Below, in pieces: positions 1 through 9,514 of a stretch of 28,820 nucleotides of DNA (positions are counted from its first letter, which is position 1; each line of letters begins with the position of its first letter). The stretch comes from Gammaproteobacteria bacterium (lineage in GTDB: Bacteria > Pseudomonadota > Gammaproteobacteria > Chromatiales > Chromatiaceae). The notes under the pieces were generated by a model. It made no database searches and was not told the DNA's origin. It worked only from the letters and a program-made list of their open reading frames with translations. A program made the translations under genes and the position numbers. Where the stretch lies: assembly GCA_024644505.1 (NCBI GenBank), contig JAHEHQ010000001.1:1-28820 (forward strand). Direction: 5' to 3'.

Positions 1-1
1 G

Positions 2-430
2 GATGCGGACGACCTGGCACAACTGCTGTTCGAATCGGCGGGTAAGAAGGCCTCCGGTATCTGGGTGGGACGGATGCCCGGCGGGGATGCCGTCACGGTC
101 GATGGGAAAACGCTGCCGGGGCAACTCTTTCCCCCGCTTTTTCTGCGCCCTGCCTGGGAGGTCGTGGGGAAGGCGCAGCTGGTAAAAGACTTTCTTTGCT
201 GGCAGGCACCCTGGCTGCTGCAGCTCGATTATCTTGATCACGCAACCCGGGACTGGCTGGAACAGGCGGCATGGCAAAACGCCATCGAAACGGACAGGGT
301 CTATCGATTGTTCCCCGAGGTCAGGGATTCAGACGGCCTTACCGCCGCCCGGGTCAGGGCACGGATGATCAGGGAATCCAACACCCCCCAGGGGGTTGCC
401 GAGGCATTCTATCCCTTCGTCAACGAATAG
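2..430 (+). CDS. Hypothetical protein, C-terminal part (5' truncated by window edge)
   Basis: The frame is open from position 2 (DADDLAQLLFESAGKK...) to TAG at 428-430. It has protein-like composition (PLFLRPAWE, WQAPWLLQL) and converges on the EAL gene with a 5 nt gap. No family recognised with confidence. Confidence 0.7.
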   Translation, partial: DADDLAQLLFESAGKKASGIWVGRMPGGDAVTVDGKTLPGQLFPPLFLRPAWEVVGKAQLVKDFLCWQAPWLLQLDYLDHATRDWLEQAAWQNAIETDRVYRLFPEVRDSDGLTAARVRARMIRESNTPQGVAEAFYPFVNE

Positions 431-435
431 AAGGT

Positions 436-2766
436 TCAGGAAGAGGCCCTGGGAAAACTTTTCTTGGCCTGTTCCCGGAGCATTTTTTCCATCGCGAATG
501 AGGGTACGGGTCTCCCGTAGAGATAGCCCTGGAGTTCGTCGCATTTGATGGATTTCAGGAAACCGGACTGATCGGGACGCTCCACGCCCTCGGCCATGAC
601 GCGCATCCCCAGGCTGTGGCCAAGCGCCACGATCGCCCGACAGATCATCTGGTCGCTGGCGTCAACGGCAACATCCCTTACCAGCCTGCTGTCGATCTTC
701 AGGCATTGAACCGGCAGCCTTTTCAAACGTGCCAGGGAGGAATAACCGCTGCCGAAGTCGTCGATTGCCAGACTGACGCCCAGGTCGCCCAGGGTTTCCA
801 GCAGCCCCACGATGCGCTCACCTTCGTCCATCAGGCTATGCTCGGTAATTTCCAGCTCGAGCCTACGGGGGTCAAAACCGGAATCGCGCAGGATCATGCC
901 CAGATTCCGGACGAGAGAATTCGGCGACATCTGGCGTGCCGAAAGATTGACCGCCAGACGAACTCTCGGGAGCCCCTGCTCATCCCATTGGCGTACCTTG
1001 CGGCAGGCCTCGGACAACTCCCACTCACCAACGCTTTCAATGAGGTGCGTCTCCTCCAGAACGGGCACAAAATTCCCGGGGAGGACGATCCCCAGCTTCG
1101 GATGGTGCCAGCGCAGCAGGGCCTCCACACCCACGATCTCCGGACTGCCCGCCAGCACCTGGGGCTGATAGAAGAGTTCGAACTGATTGCGCTCCAGGGC
1201 CCTGCGCAGGTGGGTCTCCAGAGACAGGCGCTCCCGTACCTTATCCGTCATGCTCGACTTGTAGAAACTGTAGCTTTGGCGGCCCTGCTCCTTGGCCCTA
1301 TACATGGCGATGTCGGCGTTCTTGAGCAGAATCTCCGGTGTCCTGCCGTCCTCCGGGAAGATCGTAATGCCGATACTGGGCGAGACGAACACCTCATTCT
1401 CGGACAGCTGGAACGGCTGCTCCAGGGCATCGATGAACTTCTGGGCAAGGTTGGCGGCATCCTCCGAGTGGGTCAGGCCCTCCAGGATCACCACGAATTC
1501 GTCACCGCCGATGCGCGCGATGGTGTCCTGCTCCCTCAACAGGGATCTCAGACGCTTGGACACGCTTATGAGCAGCCGGTCACCCTGGGCATGCCCATAG
1601 GTGTCGTTGACATACTTGAACCTGTCCAGATCGATGAACATCAGGGCAATGCAGGTCGGGTTCCGCTTGGCCTGGCCCAGAACGTGTTCCAGCCTGGCAT
1701 TCATCAACAGACGATTCGGCAACCCCGTCAGGGCGTCGTGATGGGCAAGATAAAACAGCTTGTGCTCGGACTCCTTCAACGAACTGATATCGGAGAACAC
1801 CGCAACGTAGTTGTGGGTTTCCCCCCGGTGATTGCCGATCCTGGAAATGCTCAACCACTGGGGGTAGATCTCACCGTCTTTTCTGCGGTTCCAGATCTCC
1901 CCCTGCCATTTTCCGGTGGCATTGATGCTGCCCCACATGGTCTTGTAGAAGGTCTCGTTATGGCGTTCCGACCTCATCATCTTCGGGTTATGGCCGCGCA
2001 CCTCCTCGAGACTGTACCCCGTGATCCGGGTGAACGCCTTGTTGACGTCGAGTATCGATCCGTCAGGCCCGGTTATGAACATGCCTTCATTGGCATCGTC
2101 GAACACCGTGCTCCACTGCAGGAGGCGCTGTTCCCGTCGCCAGTTCTTTATGGTGATCGCCGCCGCACCGGCCGCGGTTTCCAGGATGCGCCTGTGGAAC
2201 GGCGTGGGAATCTGGGGGCTGGTAAAAACCACGGCGAGCATACCGAGGATCTCCCGCTCATCGTAGACGATGGGCACGGACCAGCAGGCTCCGAGATTGA
2301 GGCGCAGGACCGCCTCCCGCAGCCCGTCCCACCTTGAATCGGACGCCACGTCGGTGGCGTATACCGCGTCAGCTCTGACCGCGCCCTCGCCGCCCGCGGG
2401 TAAAAGCGCCTCGAAATAAGGCAGGATTTCCGTGAGAAAAAAAGGCCCTGCCTGGAGTGTCAGTTCATCGTTTTCCTGCTTTAAAAGCATCACCGAGGCA
2501 TTGGCATCGGGCACCATGCTTTCCATCAACCTGCAGAGCTGTTCGATAATCAGTTCGAACCTTTCTCCGGTGGCGATGGATCCCAGGATAAACTGTTGCA
2601 GCTCAAGCAGCTGCGTGAGCTGTGCCGTATCCACGAACTCCTGATCCAGGGGATTCACGAACTGATTGTTTCCCGGGTCAACCTGAGTCGTACTGTCATT
2701 GATTGCAGGGCTCCATTGCGCATCCAAACTCCCTTGGCATGTTATCGGCCGATCATGACCGCGCAT
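436..2766 (-). CDS. GAF-PAS/PAC-GGDEF-EAL diguanylate cyclase/phosphodiesterase
   Basis: Contains HHDALTGLPNR, FIDLDRFKYVNDTYGH, RIGGDEF, VEALLRW and IDDFGSGYSSL. PAS motif NKAFTRITGY...W.GEIWNRRKDG and an N-terminal GAF-like region (CWSVPI...LGML). Exact start uncertain. Confidence 0.95.
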   Translation of the reverse strand: MRGHDRPITCQGSLDAQWSPAINDSTTQVDPGNNQFVNPLDQEFVDTAQLTQLLELQQFILGSIATGERFELIIEQLCRLMESMVPDANASVMLLKQENDELTLQAGPFFLTEILPYFEALLPAGGEGAVRADAVYATDVASDSRWDGLREAVLRLNLGACWSVPIVYDEREILGMLAVVFTSPQIPTPFHRRILETAAGAAAITIKNWRREQRLLQWSTVFDDANEGMFITGPDGSILDVNKAFTRITGYSLEEVRGHNPKMMRSERHNETFYKTMWGSINATGKWQGEIWNRRKDGEIYPQWLSISRIGNHRGETHNYVAVFSDISSLKESEHKLFYLAHHDALTGLPNRLLMNARLEHVLGQAKRNPTCIALMFIDLDRFKYVNDTYGHAQGDRLLISVSKRLRSLLREQDTIARIGGDEFVVILEGLTHSEDAANLAQKFIDALEQPFQLSENEVFVSPSIGITIFPEDGRTPEILLKNADIAMYRAKEQGRQSYSFYKSSMTDKVRERLSLETHLRRALERNQFELFYQPQVLAGSPEIVGVEALLRWHHPKLGIVLPGNFVPVLEETHLIESVGEWELSEACRKVRQWDEQGLPRVRLAVNLSARQMSPNSLVRNLGMILRDSGFDPRRLELEITEHSLMDEGERIVGLLETLGDLGVSLAIDDFGSGYSSLARLKRLPVQCLKIDSRLVRDVAVDASDQMICRAIVALGHSLGMRVMAEGVERPDQSGFLKSIKCDELQGYLYGRPVPSFAMEKMLREQAKKSFPRASS

Positions 2767-2859
2767 TAACGGGCAATTCTTATGGAATTACCCTGTTATT
2801 CCCCATAACGTGACGCAGGCCCGGTTTTTCATGGGGACCGAAGGCGGCCTCCCCACTTT

Positions 2860-3684
2860 TCAGCCTGCCGCCTCTCGCAGAGAGCGTATCACCGGTGCCG
2901 TGTCCGGACGCACCCCCCGCCACAGGTAAAAGGATTCGGCGGCCTGCTCGACCAGCATCCCCAACCCGTCCACCGCCCGGGAGGCCCGGTGGCGCTGCCC
3001 CCAACGGACCATGGCGGTGGGCTCGCTGGCATACATCATGTCGTAGACCCAGCCTCCGGGAGCCAGGATGTTATCCGGGATCCGGGGCAGTCGGCCGTCG
3101 AGCCCTGCCGACGTGGCATTGATGATCAGGTCGAACCCTTCCCTGTCCAGCTCGTCCAGACCACATCCCCTCAACGGCGCCCCGTCTGGGAACGCCCCGG
3201 CCAGTTCCACCGCCCGTGAGGCGGTGCGGTTGGCAATGACCAGACTTTCCACCCCGGTATCGAGCAGCGGGTGAACCACGCCCCGGGCCGCGCCCCCGGC
3301 GCCCAGCAACAGGACACGGCTGCCGCTCAGCAGATAACCCTGGTTGACCGTGAGATCCCGTACCAGGCCCACGCCATCCGTATTGTCCCCCTGCAGGCGT
3401 CCATCCCCATCAGGCAACAGGGTGTTGACCGCCCCCGCACCAAGGGCCCGCGCCGTGCAATGGTCCGCCAGCACACAGGCCCTTTCCTTGAAGGGCACCG
3501 TGACATTCAGTCCCTTGCCCCCTTCCCTGAAGAAACGGCGGACCTCTTCCTCGAATCCCTCCGGATCGCCCAGGAGCCGGGTGTATTGAAGATCCTGTGC
3601 CGTCTGCCCCGCAAATGCGTGGTGAATCAGCGGGGATTTGCTGTGCGCGATGGGATTGCCAATGACGGCATATCGGTCTGTCAT
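2860..3684 (-). CDS. aroE: Shikimate dehydrogenase
   Basis: Motifs GNPIAHSKSP, NVTVPFK, GAVNTL, GDNTDG, LGAGGAARG and GLGMLVEQAA. Confidence 0.97.
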   Translation of the reverse strand: MTDRYAVIGNPIAHSKSPLIHHAFAGQTAQDLQYTRLLGDPEGFEEEVRRFFREGGKGLNVTVPFKERACVLADHCTARALGAGAVNTLLPDGDGRLQGDNTDGVGLVRDLTVNQGYLLSGSRVLLLGAGGAARGVVHPLLDTGVESLVIANRTASRAVELAGAFPDGAPLRGCGLDELDREGFDLIINATSAGLDGRLPRIPDNILAPGGWVYDMMYASEPTAMVRWGQRHRASRAVDGLGMLVEQAAESFYLWRGVRPDTAPVIRSLREAAG

Positions 3685-3690
3685 GGATCA

Positions 3691-3705
3691 GAGCCTGTTA
3701 ACAGG
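3691..3705. repeat. Short copy of the GCCTGTTAAC dispersed repeat (contains perfect palindrome CCTGTTAACAGG)
   Basis: GAGCCTGTTAACAGG lies 6 nt from the aroE start codon and shares GCCTGTTAACA with the copy at 28219. Confidence 0.45.
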
Positions 3706-3733
3706 AACCAGTACTCTGTCAATGTGATATTGA

Positions 3734-4828
<1,095 letters not shown>

Positions 4829-4872
4829 TTATGGTATGTTTTGGGAGTTGTTTGAAAAGTTGGAAGTACATC

Positions 4873-5799
4873 ATGAATGGATCGATGAGGTTTCTCCAAA
4901 TAATACTGGTGCTGCTGCTCTCCTCGAATGCATGGGGCGCGGGACTGGAGGTACAGAAAGTTTCAGACCGGGTTTATGCCCTCGTCGGGGAAACCGCACA
5001 AAGGTCACCCGATAATCTCGGTAACAACGCCACCTTCGGTCTGGTCATCACCGACGAAGGGCTGGTACTTATAGACCCGGGCGGCAGCGAAAAGGGAGCG
5101 GCAATGCTGGATGCCGCCATTCGCACCGTATCAACCCGGCCCGTGGTGCTGGTCATCAACACAGGCGGCCAGGATCATCGCTGGCTGGGCAATCACTACT
5201 GGAAAGCGCGGGGTGCCCGGGTGATCGCCTCGACAGCGGCAGTTGAGGACCAGAAACAGCGCAGGGACCAGCAACTGGCCGCGCTCAGCCGCCTGGTTGG
5301 CGATGAGGGCATGGAAGGCACGGTACCCATGTATGCCGATCAAACCTTCGGGGAAACACACCGAATGGAGATGGGCGGCGTCCGTTTCCGGCTGCATCAC
5401 GCAGGTCAGGCCCACACGCCTGGCGATATCTATGTGCTCCTGCCCGATGAAGAGACGATCTTTACCGGTGATATCGTCTATCACGACAGGCTGCTGGGCG
5501 TAGGCCCGCAATCCAACAGCAAAAGCTGGCTGGAAGTGTTCGGGGAGATCGAGAAACTGGGCCCGGGCAAGGTCGTACCCGGGCACGGGAGGGCGGGATC
5601 GCTCGAGAAGTCCCGCCGGGAGACGGGCGATTATCTGCGAACCCTCAGGGCCAGGGTGGCGGAGTTCCTGGATCAGGGCGGCACCCTGGAGGAGATCAGC
5701 CGGGTGGATCAGTCGGAATTCCGTTTTCTGGCGGTTTTCGATCAGATTGCCGGCAGAAATGCACACCAGGTGTTTCAGGAGATGGAGTTCGACTTTTGA
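4873..5799 (+). CDS. Exported MBL-fold metallo-hydrolase, SoxH-like
   Basis: Sec-type signal peptide (MRFLQIILVLLLSSNAWG) and MBL motifs LVLIDPG, NTGGQDH, AHTPGD, FTGD and VVPGHG. Start is ATG 4873 or 4885. The SoxH-like label is from recall of the family, not a search. Confidence 0.85.
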   Translation: MNGSMRFLQIILVLLLSSNAWGAGLEVQKVSDRVYALVGETAQRSPDNLGNNATFGLVITDEGLVLIDPGGSEKGAAMLDAAIRTVSTRPVVLVINTGGQDHRWLGNHYWKARGARVIASTAAVEDQKQRRDQQLAALSRLVGDEGMEGTVPMYADQTFGETHRMEMGGVRFRLHHAGQAHTPGDIYVLLPDEETIFTGDIVYHDRLLGVGPQSNSKSWLEVFGEIEKLGPGKVVPGHGRAGSLEKSRRETGDYLRTLRARVAEFLDQGGTLEEISRVDQSEFRFLAVFDQIAGRNAHQVFQEMEFDF

Positions 5800-5800
5800 A

Positions 5801-6154
5801 ATGAAAACTGTTTCCCAGGCTGTTTTCGATGTGGACGAGCAGGGATTTCAGGATCGGGTCATCGAGGCCTCGAAACAGAAGCCTGTTCTGGTGGATTTCT
5901 GGGCCGAGTGGTGCGCCCCCTGCCTCTCCCTGGCCCCCGCGCTGGAGCGGGTAATCCGGGAACTCGACGGCACGGTGGACCTGGCCAAGGTGGAGGTGGA
6001 TGACAATATGCGCCTTGCCGGACACTATCGCCTTCGGGGATTCCCCACCGTGATCATGTTCTACCAGGGGCAGGAGCTGGGGCGTTTCAGCGGCTCCAGG
6101 CCGGTCCACTGGATCAGGGACTGGATAGACGAGCACGCCGGGCAGCAGCTCTAG
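5801..6154 (+). CDS. Thioredoxin family protein (WCAPC)
   Basis: Motifs VLVDFWAEWCAPC, LAKVEVD and RGFPTV. ATG lies 1 nt after the MBL stop. No signal peptide. Confidence 0.92.
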   Translation: MKTVSQAVFDVDEQGFQDRVIEASKQKPVLVDFWAEWCAPCLSLAPALERVIRELDGTVDLAKVEVDDNMRLAGHYRLRGFPTVIMFYQGQELGRFSGSRPVHWIRDWIDEHAGQQL

Positions 6155-6299
6155 TGGGTCGCCCACCAGGAGGCTGTTGGCGAAACTGTAGGGTCGAATT
6201 CATTCGACCTGCTGTCGGCCAAATATCACTAAAGTTTTCCCTCTGCCTGCCGACACCCATATCAAGTATTACGGGTTGTTTTGAACTCGTACTCAGGGG

Positions 6300-6334
6300 C
6301 CTCGGTGACCGGTGCAGTTTACCGGTCACCGAGG
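6300..6334. repeat. Perfect 14 bp inverted repeat
   Basis: CCTCGGTGACCGGT-gcagttt-ACCGGTCACCGAGG. Confidence 0.9.
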
Positions 6335-6383
6335 GACTCCGGCTCAATTGATCCTCCTCCGGCGCCACAAAAATGGCGCTTTC

Positions 6384-6418
6384 AGGGCTCATCTTCTCCC
6401 CAGATGAGCCCTTTTTTT
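6384..6418 (+). terminator. Rho-independent terminator, + strand
   Basis: AGGGCTCATCT-tctcccc-AGATGAGCCCT forms an 11 bp stem running into TTTTTTT. There is no U-tract in the minus direction. Confidence 0.8.
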
Positions 6419-6980
6419 ATGCTCTGATCAGCTTGCCGGTCCTCAGATCCCGAATGCTGGTGGGTGAGTCCGCCCCGCTTACGTCGCCGTGCACGATGAA
6501 ATCCACGGCGGACCCGAACATCAGCCTCACCCGCAGCGCATTTTGTGCCGGTGGCCGTCCCGCCGGATTGGCACTGGTGGAAACCAGGGGGGAGTCACAC
6601 GCCGTACACAAGGCTGCGGCCACCGGATGCGCCGTGACCCTGACCGCCAGGGTGTCGTGGGAACCGCTCAGCCAGCCCGGCAGGGCCGGGGCTGCCGGAA
6701 GCAGCCAGGTGTGAGGGCCGGGCCAGCTCTCCAGCGCCGGCCTAAGCCGTGCTTCGTCCACCTCTGCGACATAGGGGCGCAACTGCTCGAAGCGGGCCGC
6801 GATCAGTATCAGCCCTTTCTCAACGGGACGCTGTTTCAGCTCCAGCAGCCGATATACCGCTGCACCGTCCAGGGGATCGCAGCCCAGTCCATAGACGGCC
6901 TCCGTGGGATAGGCAATGATGTCTCCCCGGCGAACAGAACGGGCGGCCTCCCTGATACGGCCGGAACCGAATCCTTTCAA
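6417..6980 (-). CDS. tsaC: L-threonylcarbamoyladenylate synthase (YrdC/Sua5 family)
   Basis: Motifs IAYPTEAVYGLGCDP, LKQRPVEKGLILI, WPGPHT, LAVRV and VSTSANPAG. The TTG start overlaps the purE TGA (TTGA). Confidence 0.94.
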   Translation of the reverse strand: MKGFGSGRIREAARSVRRGDIIAYPTEAVYGLGCDPLDGAAVYRLLELKQRPVEKGLILIAARFEQLRPYVAEVDEARLRPALESWPGPHTWLLPAAPALPGWLSGSHDTLAVRVTAHPVAAALCTACDSPLVSTSANPAGRPPAQNALRVRLMFGSAVDFIVHGDVSGADSPTSIRDLRTGKLIRA

Positions 6981-7483
6981 CCCTTCAGTTCTGCCTGCAG
7001 CTGGGCATCCTTTGCCTTCACCGATTCGGCGTTTGCCTCTCGATCCGCCTTGACCCGCCCGGCCAGGGCCGGATCCACCAGGGACATGATCTGCGCGGCC
7101 AGGTAAGCGGCATTCTTTGCACCCGGCTTACCCACGGCCACCGTGGCAACGGGAATACCGCCCGGCATCATCACCGTCGAAAAGAGGGAATCCATACCCT
7201 GCAGGGGCCCCGCGTCCAGGGGAATACCGATCACCGGCTTGACGGTCAGACCGGCAACCGCCCCCGCCAGATGGGCCGCGAGCCCGGCGGCGCATATGAA
7301 CACCACGCATCCCCGGGCATCGGCATCCTTGACATAGGCATGGGTCGCGTCCGGCGTGCGGTGGGCGGAGGTGATCTTCGCCTCGAAGGGTACCTCGAGA
7401 TTTTTCAGGACATCCATGGTGGACTGCATCACCGGCAGGTCCGAGTCCGAGCCCATCAGGATAGCGACAAAAGGTTTGCTCAT
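6977..7483 (-). CDS. purE: N5-carboxyaminoimidazole ribonucleotide mutase
   Basis: Motifs ILMGSDSDL, SAHRTP, AGLAAHLAG, PVIGIP, MPGGIPVATV and NAAYLAAQI. Start placed at ATG of MSKPF. Confidence 0.95.
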   Translation of the reverse strand: MSKPFVAILMGSDSDLPVMQSTMDVLKNLEVPFEAKITSAHRTPDATHAYVKDADARGCVVFICAAGLAAHLAGAVAGLTVKPVIGIPLDAGPLQGMDSLFSTVMMPGGIPVATVAVGKPGAKNAAYLAAQIMSLVDPALAGRVKADREANAESVKAKDAQLQAELKG

Positions 7484-7561
7484 TGTTTTACGGCTCAATA
7501 TCAGTTTGAAAAGCGTTTAAAGATACCTGATTTTCGGTCCACAGGCCATGCTGGTACTCCG

Positions 7562-9388
7562 TCAATATAATAGTGACGGAGTACTGGCCTCACCCAGAGA
7601 ATGGCTGCGAAGCAGATCCAGAAATCGGCTTCCATAGCGTTTGAGCTTCTGTTCGCCCACACCGCTGATGCCGCGCATCTGCTCCGGGTTCTCGGGCTGT
7701 CGTTCCGCCATCTCATGCAGTGTCCTGTCGTGGAAAATGATATAGGGGGGCACCCCCTGCTCCCTGGCGATCTCGGTGCGCAGGTTTCGCAGGGCATCGA
7801 ACAAACCCGGATTCCGGGTTTGTATCGGAGGCTGTTTCGCCGGTTTCTTCGTCTGTTTTTCCCTGGGCTTGTGCTTGCGCAACTGCAGCCCCGTTTCACC
7901 CCGCAGCAGCGGCCGGCAGGTCCCGCTCAGGCGCAGCGCACCGTAGCCCCCCGGATCTATGTCGATATAACCCCGGGAGATCAGCTGACGAAACAGGCTG
8001 CGCCACTGCGCGACGCTCTGCTCCCCGCCGATGCCGAAGGTACTGATCCGGTCATGGCCATTGCGGCGGATGCGTTCATCCGCTTTTCCCCGCAGCACGT
8101 CGATCACATAATTCACCCCGAAACCCTGGCCCGTGCGGTAGACGCAGGAGAGTGCCATGCGTGCGTACTCGGAGGCATCCCAGGTCTGTGGGGGCCTCAG
8201 GCAGTTGTCGCAGTTGCCGCAGGGTTCTTGCCGGGTCTCGCCGAAATAGGCCAGCAGGGCCTGCCTGCGGCAACCGGTCAGATCACAGAGCCCCAGCAGG
8301 GATTCGAGCTTTTGATGGGCAATGCGTTTGAACTGCTCCTCGGCATCGGTGTCAAGAACGAACTGGCGCAGCGTGATGAGATCCTGCAGCCCGTACAGCA
8401 TCCAGGCATCCGCCGGTTCACCGTCCCGGCCCGCGCGGCCGGTTTCCTGATAATAGGCCTCCACACTCTTGGGCAGATTCAGGTGGGCGACGAACCGCAC
8501 ATCGGGCTTGTCGATCCCCATACCGAAAGCAATGGTCGCAACAATGACCAACCCGTCTTCCCTCAGGAATCTCTCCTGGTGAAGCCTGCGCTCCTCCTGG
8601 GAGAGCCCGGCATGATAAGGCAGGGCGGTTCGTCCCTTATCACACAGCCAGTTCGCCACCTCATCCACACGTTTGCGCGACAGACAATAGATGATCCCTG
8701 CATCGTCGGGGTGCTCCCGCTCCAGGAAATGCCACAACTGGCTCTTGGCGTTCACCGCCTCGCCTATGCTGTAGCGGATGTTCGGCCGGTCGAAGCTGCT
8801 GACGAACTGTCCCGCCCTGTGCAGATCGAGCTGATCGACGATCTCCCTGCGCGTGCGCATGTCGGCGGTTGCTGTCAGGGCGATGCGGGGAACCCGGGGA
8901 TAGCGTTCGTGCAGAACGGACAACTGCTGATAATCCTTTCGAAAATCATGTCCCCACTGGGAAACGCAGTGTGCCTCGTCGATGGCGAACAGGGCGACCT
9001 CCACCCGATCGAGAATACTCAGCATCTGGGGCATGAGCAGCCTCTCCGGTGCCACATACAGCAGGCTCAATTCGCCGTCGAGCAGATCCTGCTCGACCTG
9101 CCTTCGGCTCCGGGCATCGAGACTGGAGTTGAGGAAGGCCGCAGAGATGCCGAGCTGGCGCAGGGCGTCCACCTGATCCTGCATCAATGCGATCAGGGGA
9201 GAAACTACAATACCCACACCTTCCCGCACCAGGGCGGGAATCTGATAACAGAGGGACTTGCCGCCCCCGGTCGGCATCAGGATCAGGGCGTCGCCCCCAT
9301 TGATCAATGTCTCGATCACTTCCGCCTGGTTGTGGCGAAACCCATCGAATCCGAACACATCCTTGAGAATACGCCTGGCCTGCTCCAT
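7562..9388 (-). CDS. recQ: ATP-dependent DNA helicase RecQ (with RQC and HRDC domains)
   Basis: Motifs [61 protein letters not shown]...CGNCDNC and [19 protein letters not shown] upstream. Confidence 0.98.
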   Translation of the reverse strand: MEQARRILKDVFGFDGFRHNQAEVIETLINGGDALILMPTGGGKSLCYQIPALVREGVGIVVSPLIALMQDQVDALRQLGISAAFLNSSLDARSRRQVEQDLLDGELSLLYVAPERLLMPQMLSILDRVEVALFAIDEAHCVSQWGHDFRKDYQQLSVLHERYPRVPRIALTATADMRTRREIVDQLDLHRAGQFVSSFDRPNIRYSIGEAVNAKSQLWHFLEREHPDDAGIIYCLSRKRVDEVANWLCDKGRTALPYHAGLSQEERRLHQERFLREDGLVIVATIAFGMGIDKPDVRFVAHLNLPKSVEAYYQETGRAGRDGEPADAWMLYGLQDLITLRQFVLDTDAEEQFKRIAHQKLESLLGLCDLTGCRRQALLAYFGETRQEPCGNCDNCLRPPQTWDASEYARMALSCVYRTGQGFGVNYVIDVLRGKADERIRRNGHDRISTFGIGGEQSVAQWRSLFRQLISRGYIDIDPGGYGALRLSGTCRPLLRGETGLQLRKHKPREKQTKKPAKQPPIQTRNPGLFDALRNLRTEIAREQGVPPYIIFHDRTLHEMAERQPENPEQMRGISGVGEQKLKRYGSRFLDLLRSHSLGEASTPSLLY

Positions 9389-9458
9389 GGGTGTATTGTA
9401 CCTCAGGTAATCAGTATTCCATCAGTGCGTGCCCAATGCGGTTAATTCCCAGCCCCGG

Positions 9459-9467
9459 TGCTATACT
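9459..9467 (+). promoter_or_regulatory. Extended -10 sigma70-type promoter element
   Basis: TGcTATACT lies 47 nt upstream of ATG 9515. No good -35 is seen. Confidence 0.5.
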
Positions 9468-9514
9468 CCAAGCCGATCAAGATCGAAGCGCCGGAAAATA
9501 AAGAGGATAAGTCC

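Larger units (their letters stand above)
6192..6418 (+). ncRNA. Candidate structured sRNA or long structured 3' UTR
   Basis: Tandem hairpins at 6192-6209, 6213-6255, 6300-6334, 6362-6379 and 6384-6412, a CCTCCTCC tract at 6353-6360, and a terminal T7. No known family recognised. Confidence 0.3.

Noticed and set aside
616-2337. 573 aa + strand ORF
   Set aside because: Antisense shadow of the GGDEF-EAL gene with no recognisable domain.
2767-2859. Possible c-di-GMP riboswitch ahead of the GGDEF-EAL gene
   Set aside because: Only an imperfect TTATGG...CCATAA hairpin is present, without the GEMM signature sequences.
6114-6392. 92 aa minus-strand ORF with GGAGGAGG just before an in-frame TTG at 6349
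   Set aside because: It runs through several hairpins, overlaps the thioredoxin end and has no protein-like features. The tract is better explained as a + strand anti-SD, though a small peptide is not excluded.
7601-9445. 614 aa + strand ORF
   Set aside because: It is antisense to recQ over nearly its whole length with no motifs, a typical shadow ORF of GC-rich coding DNA.
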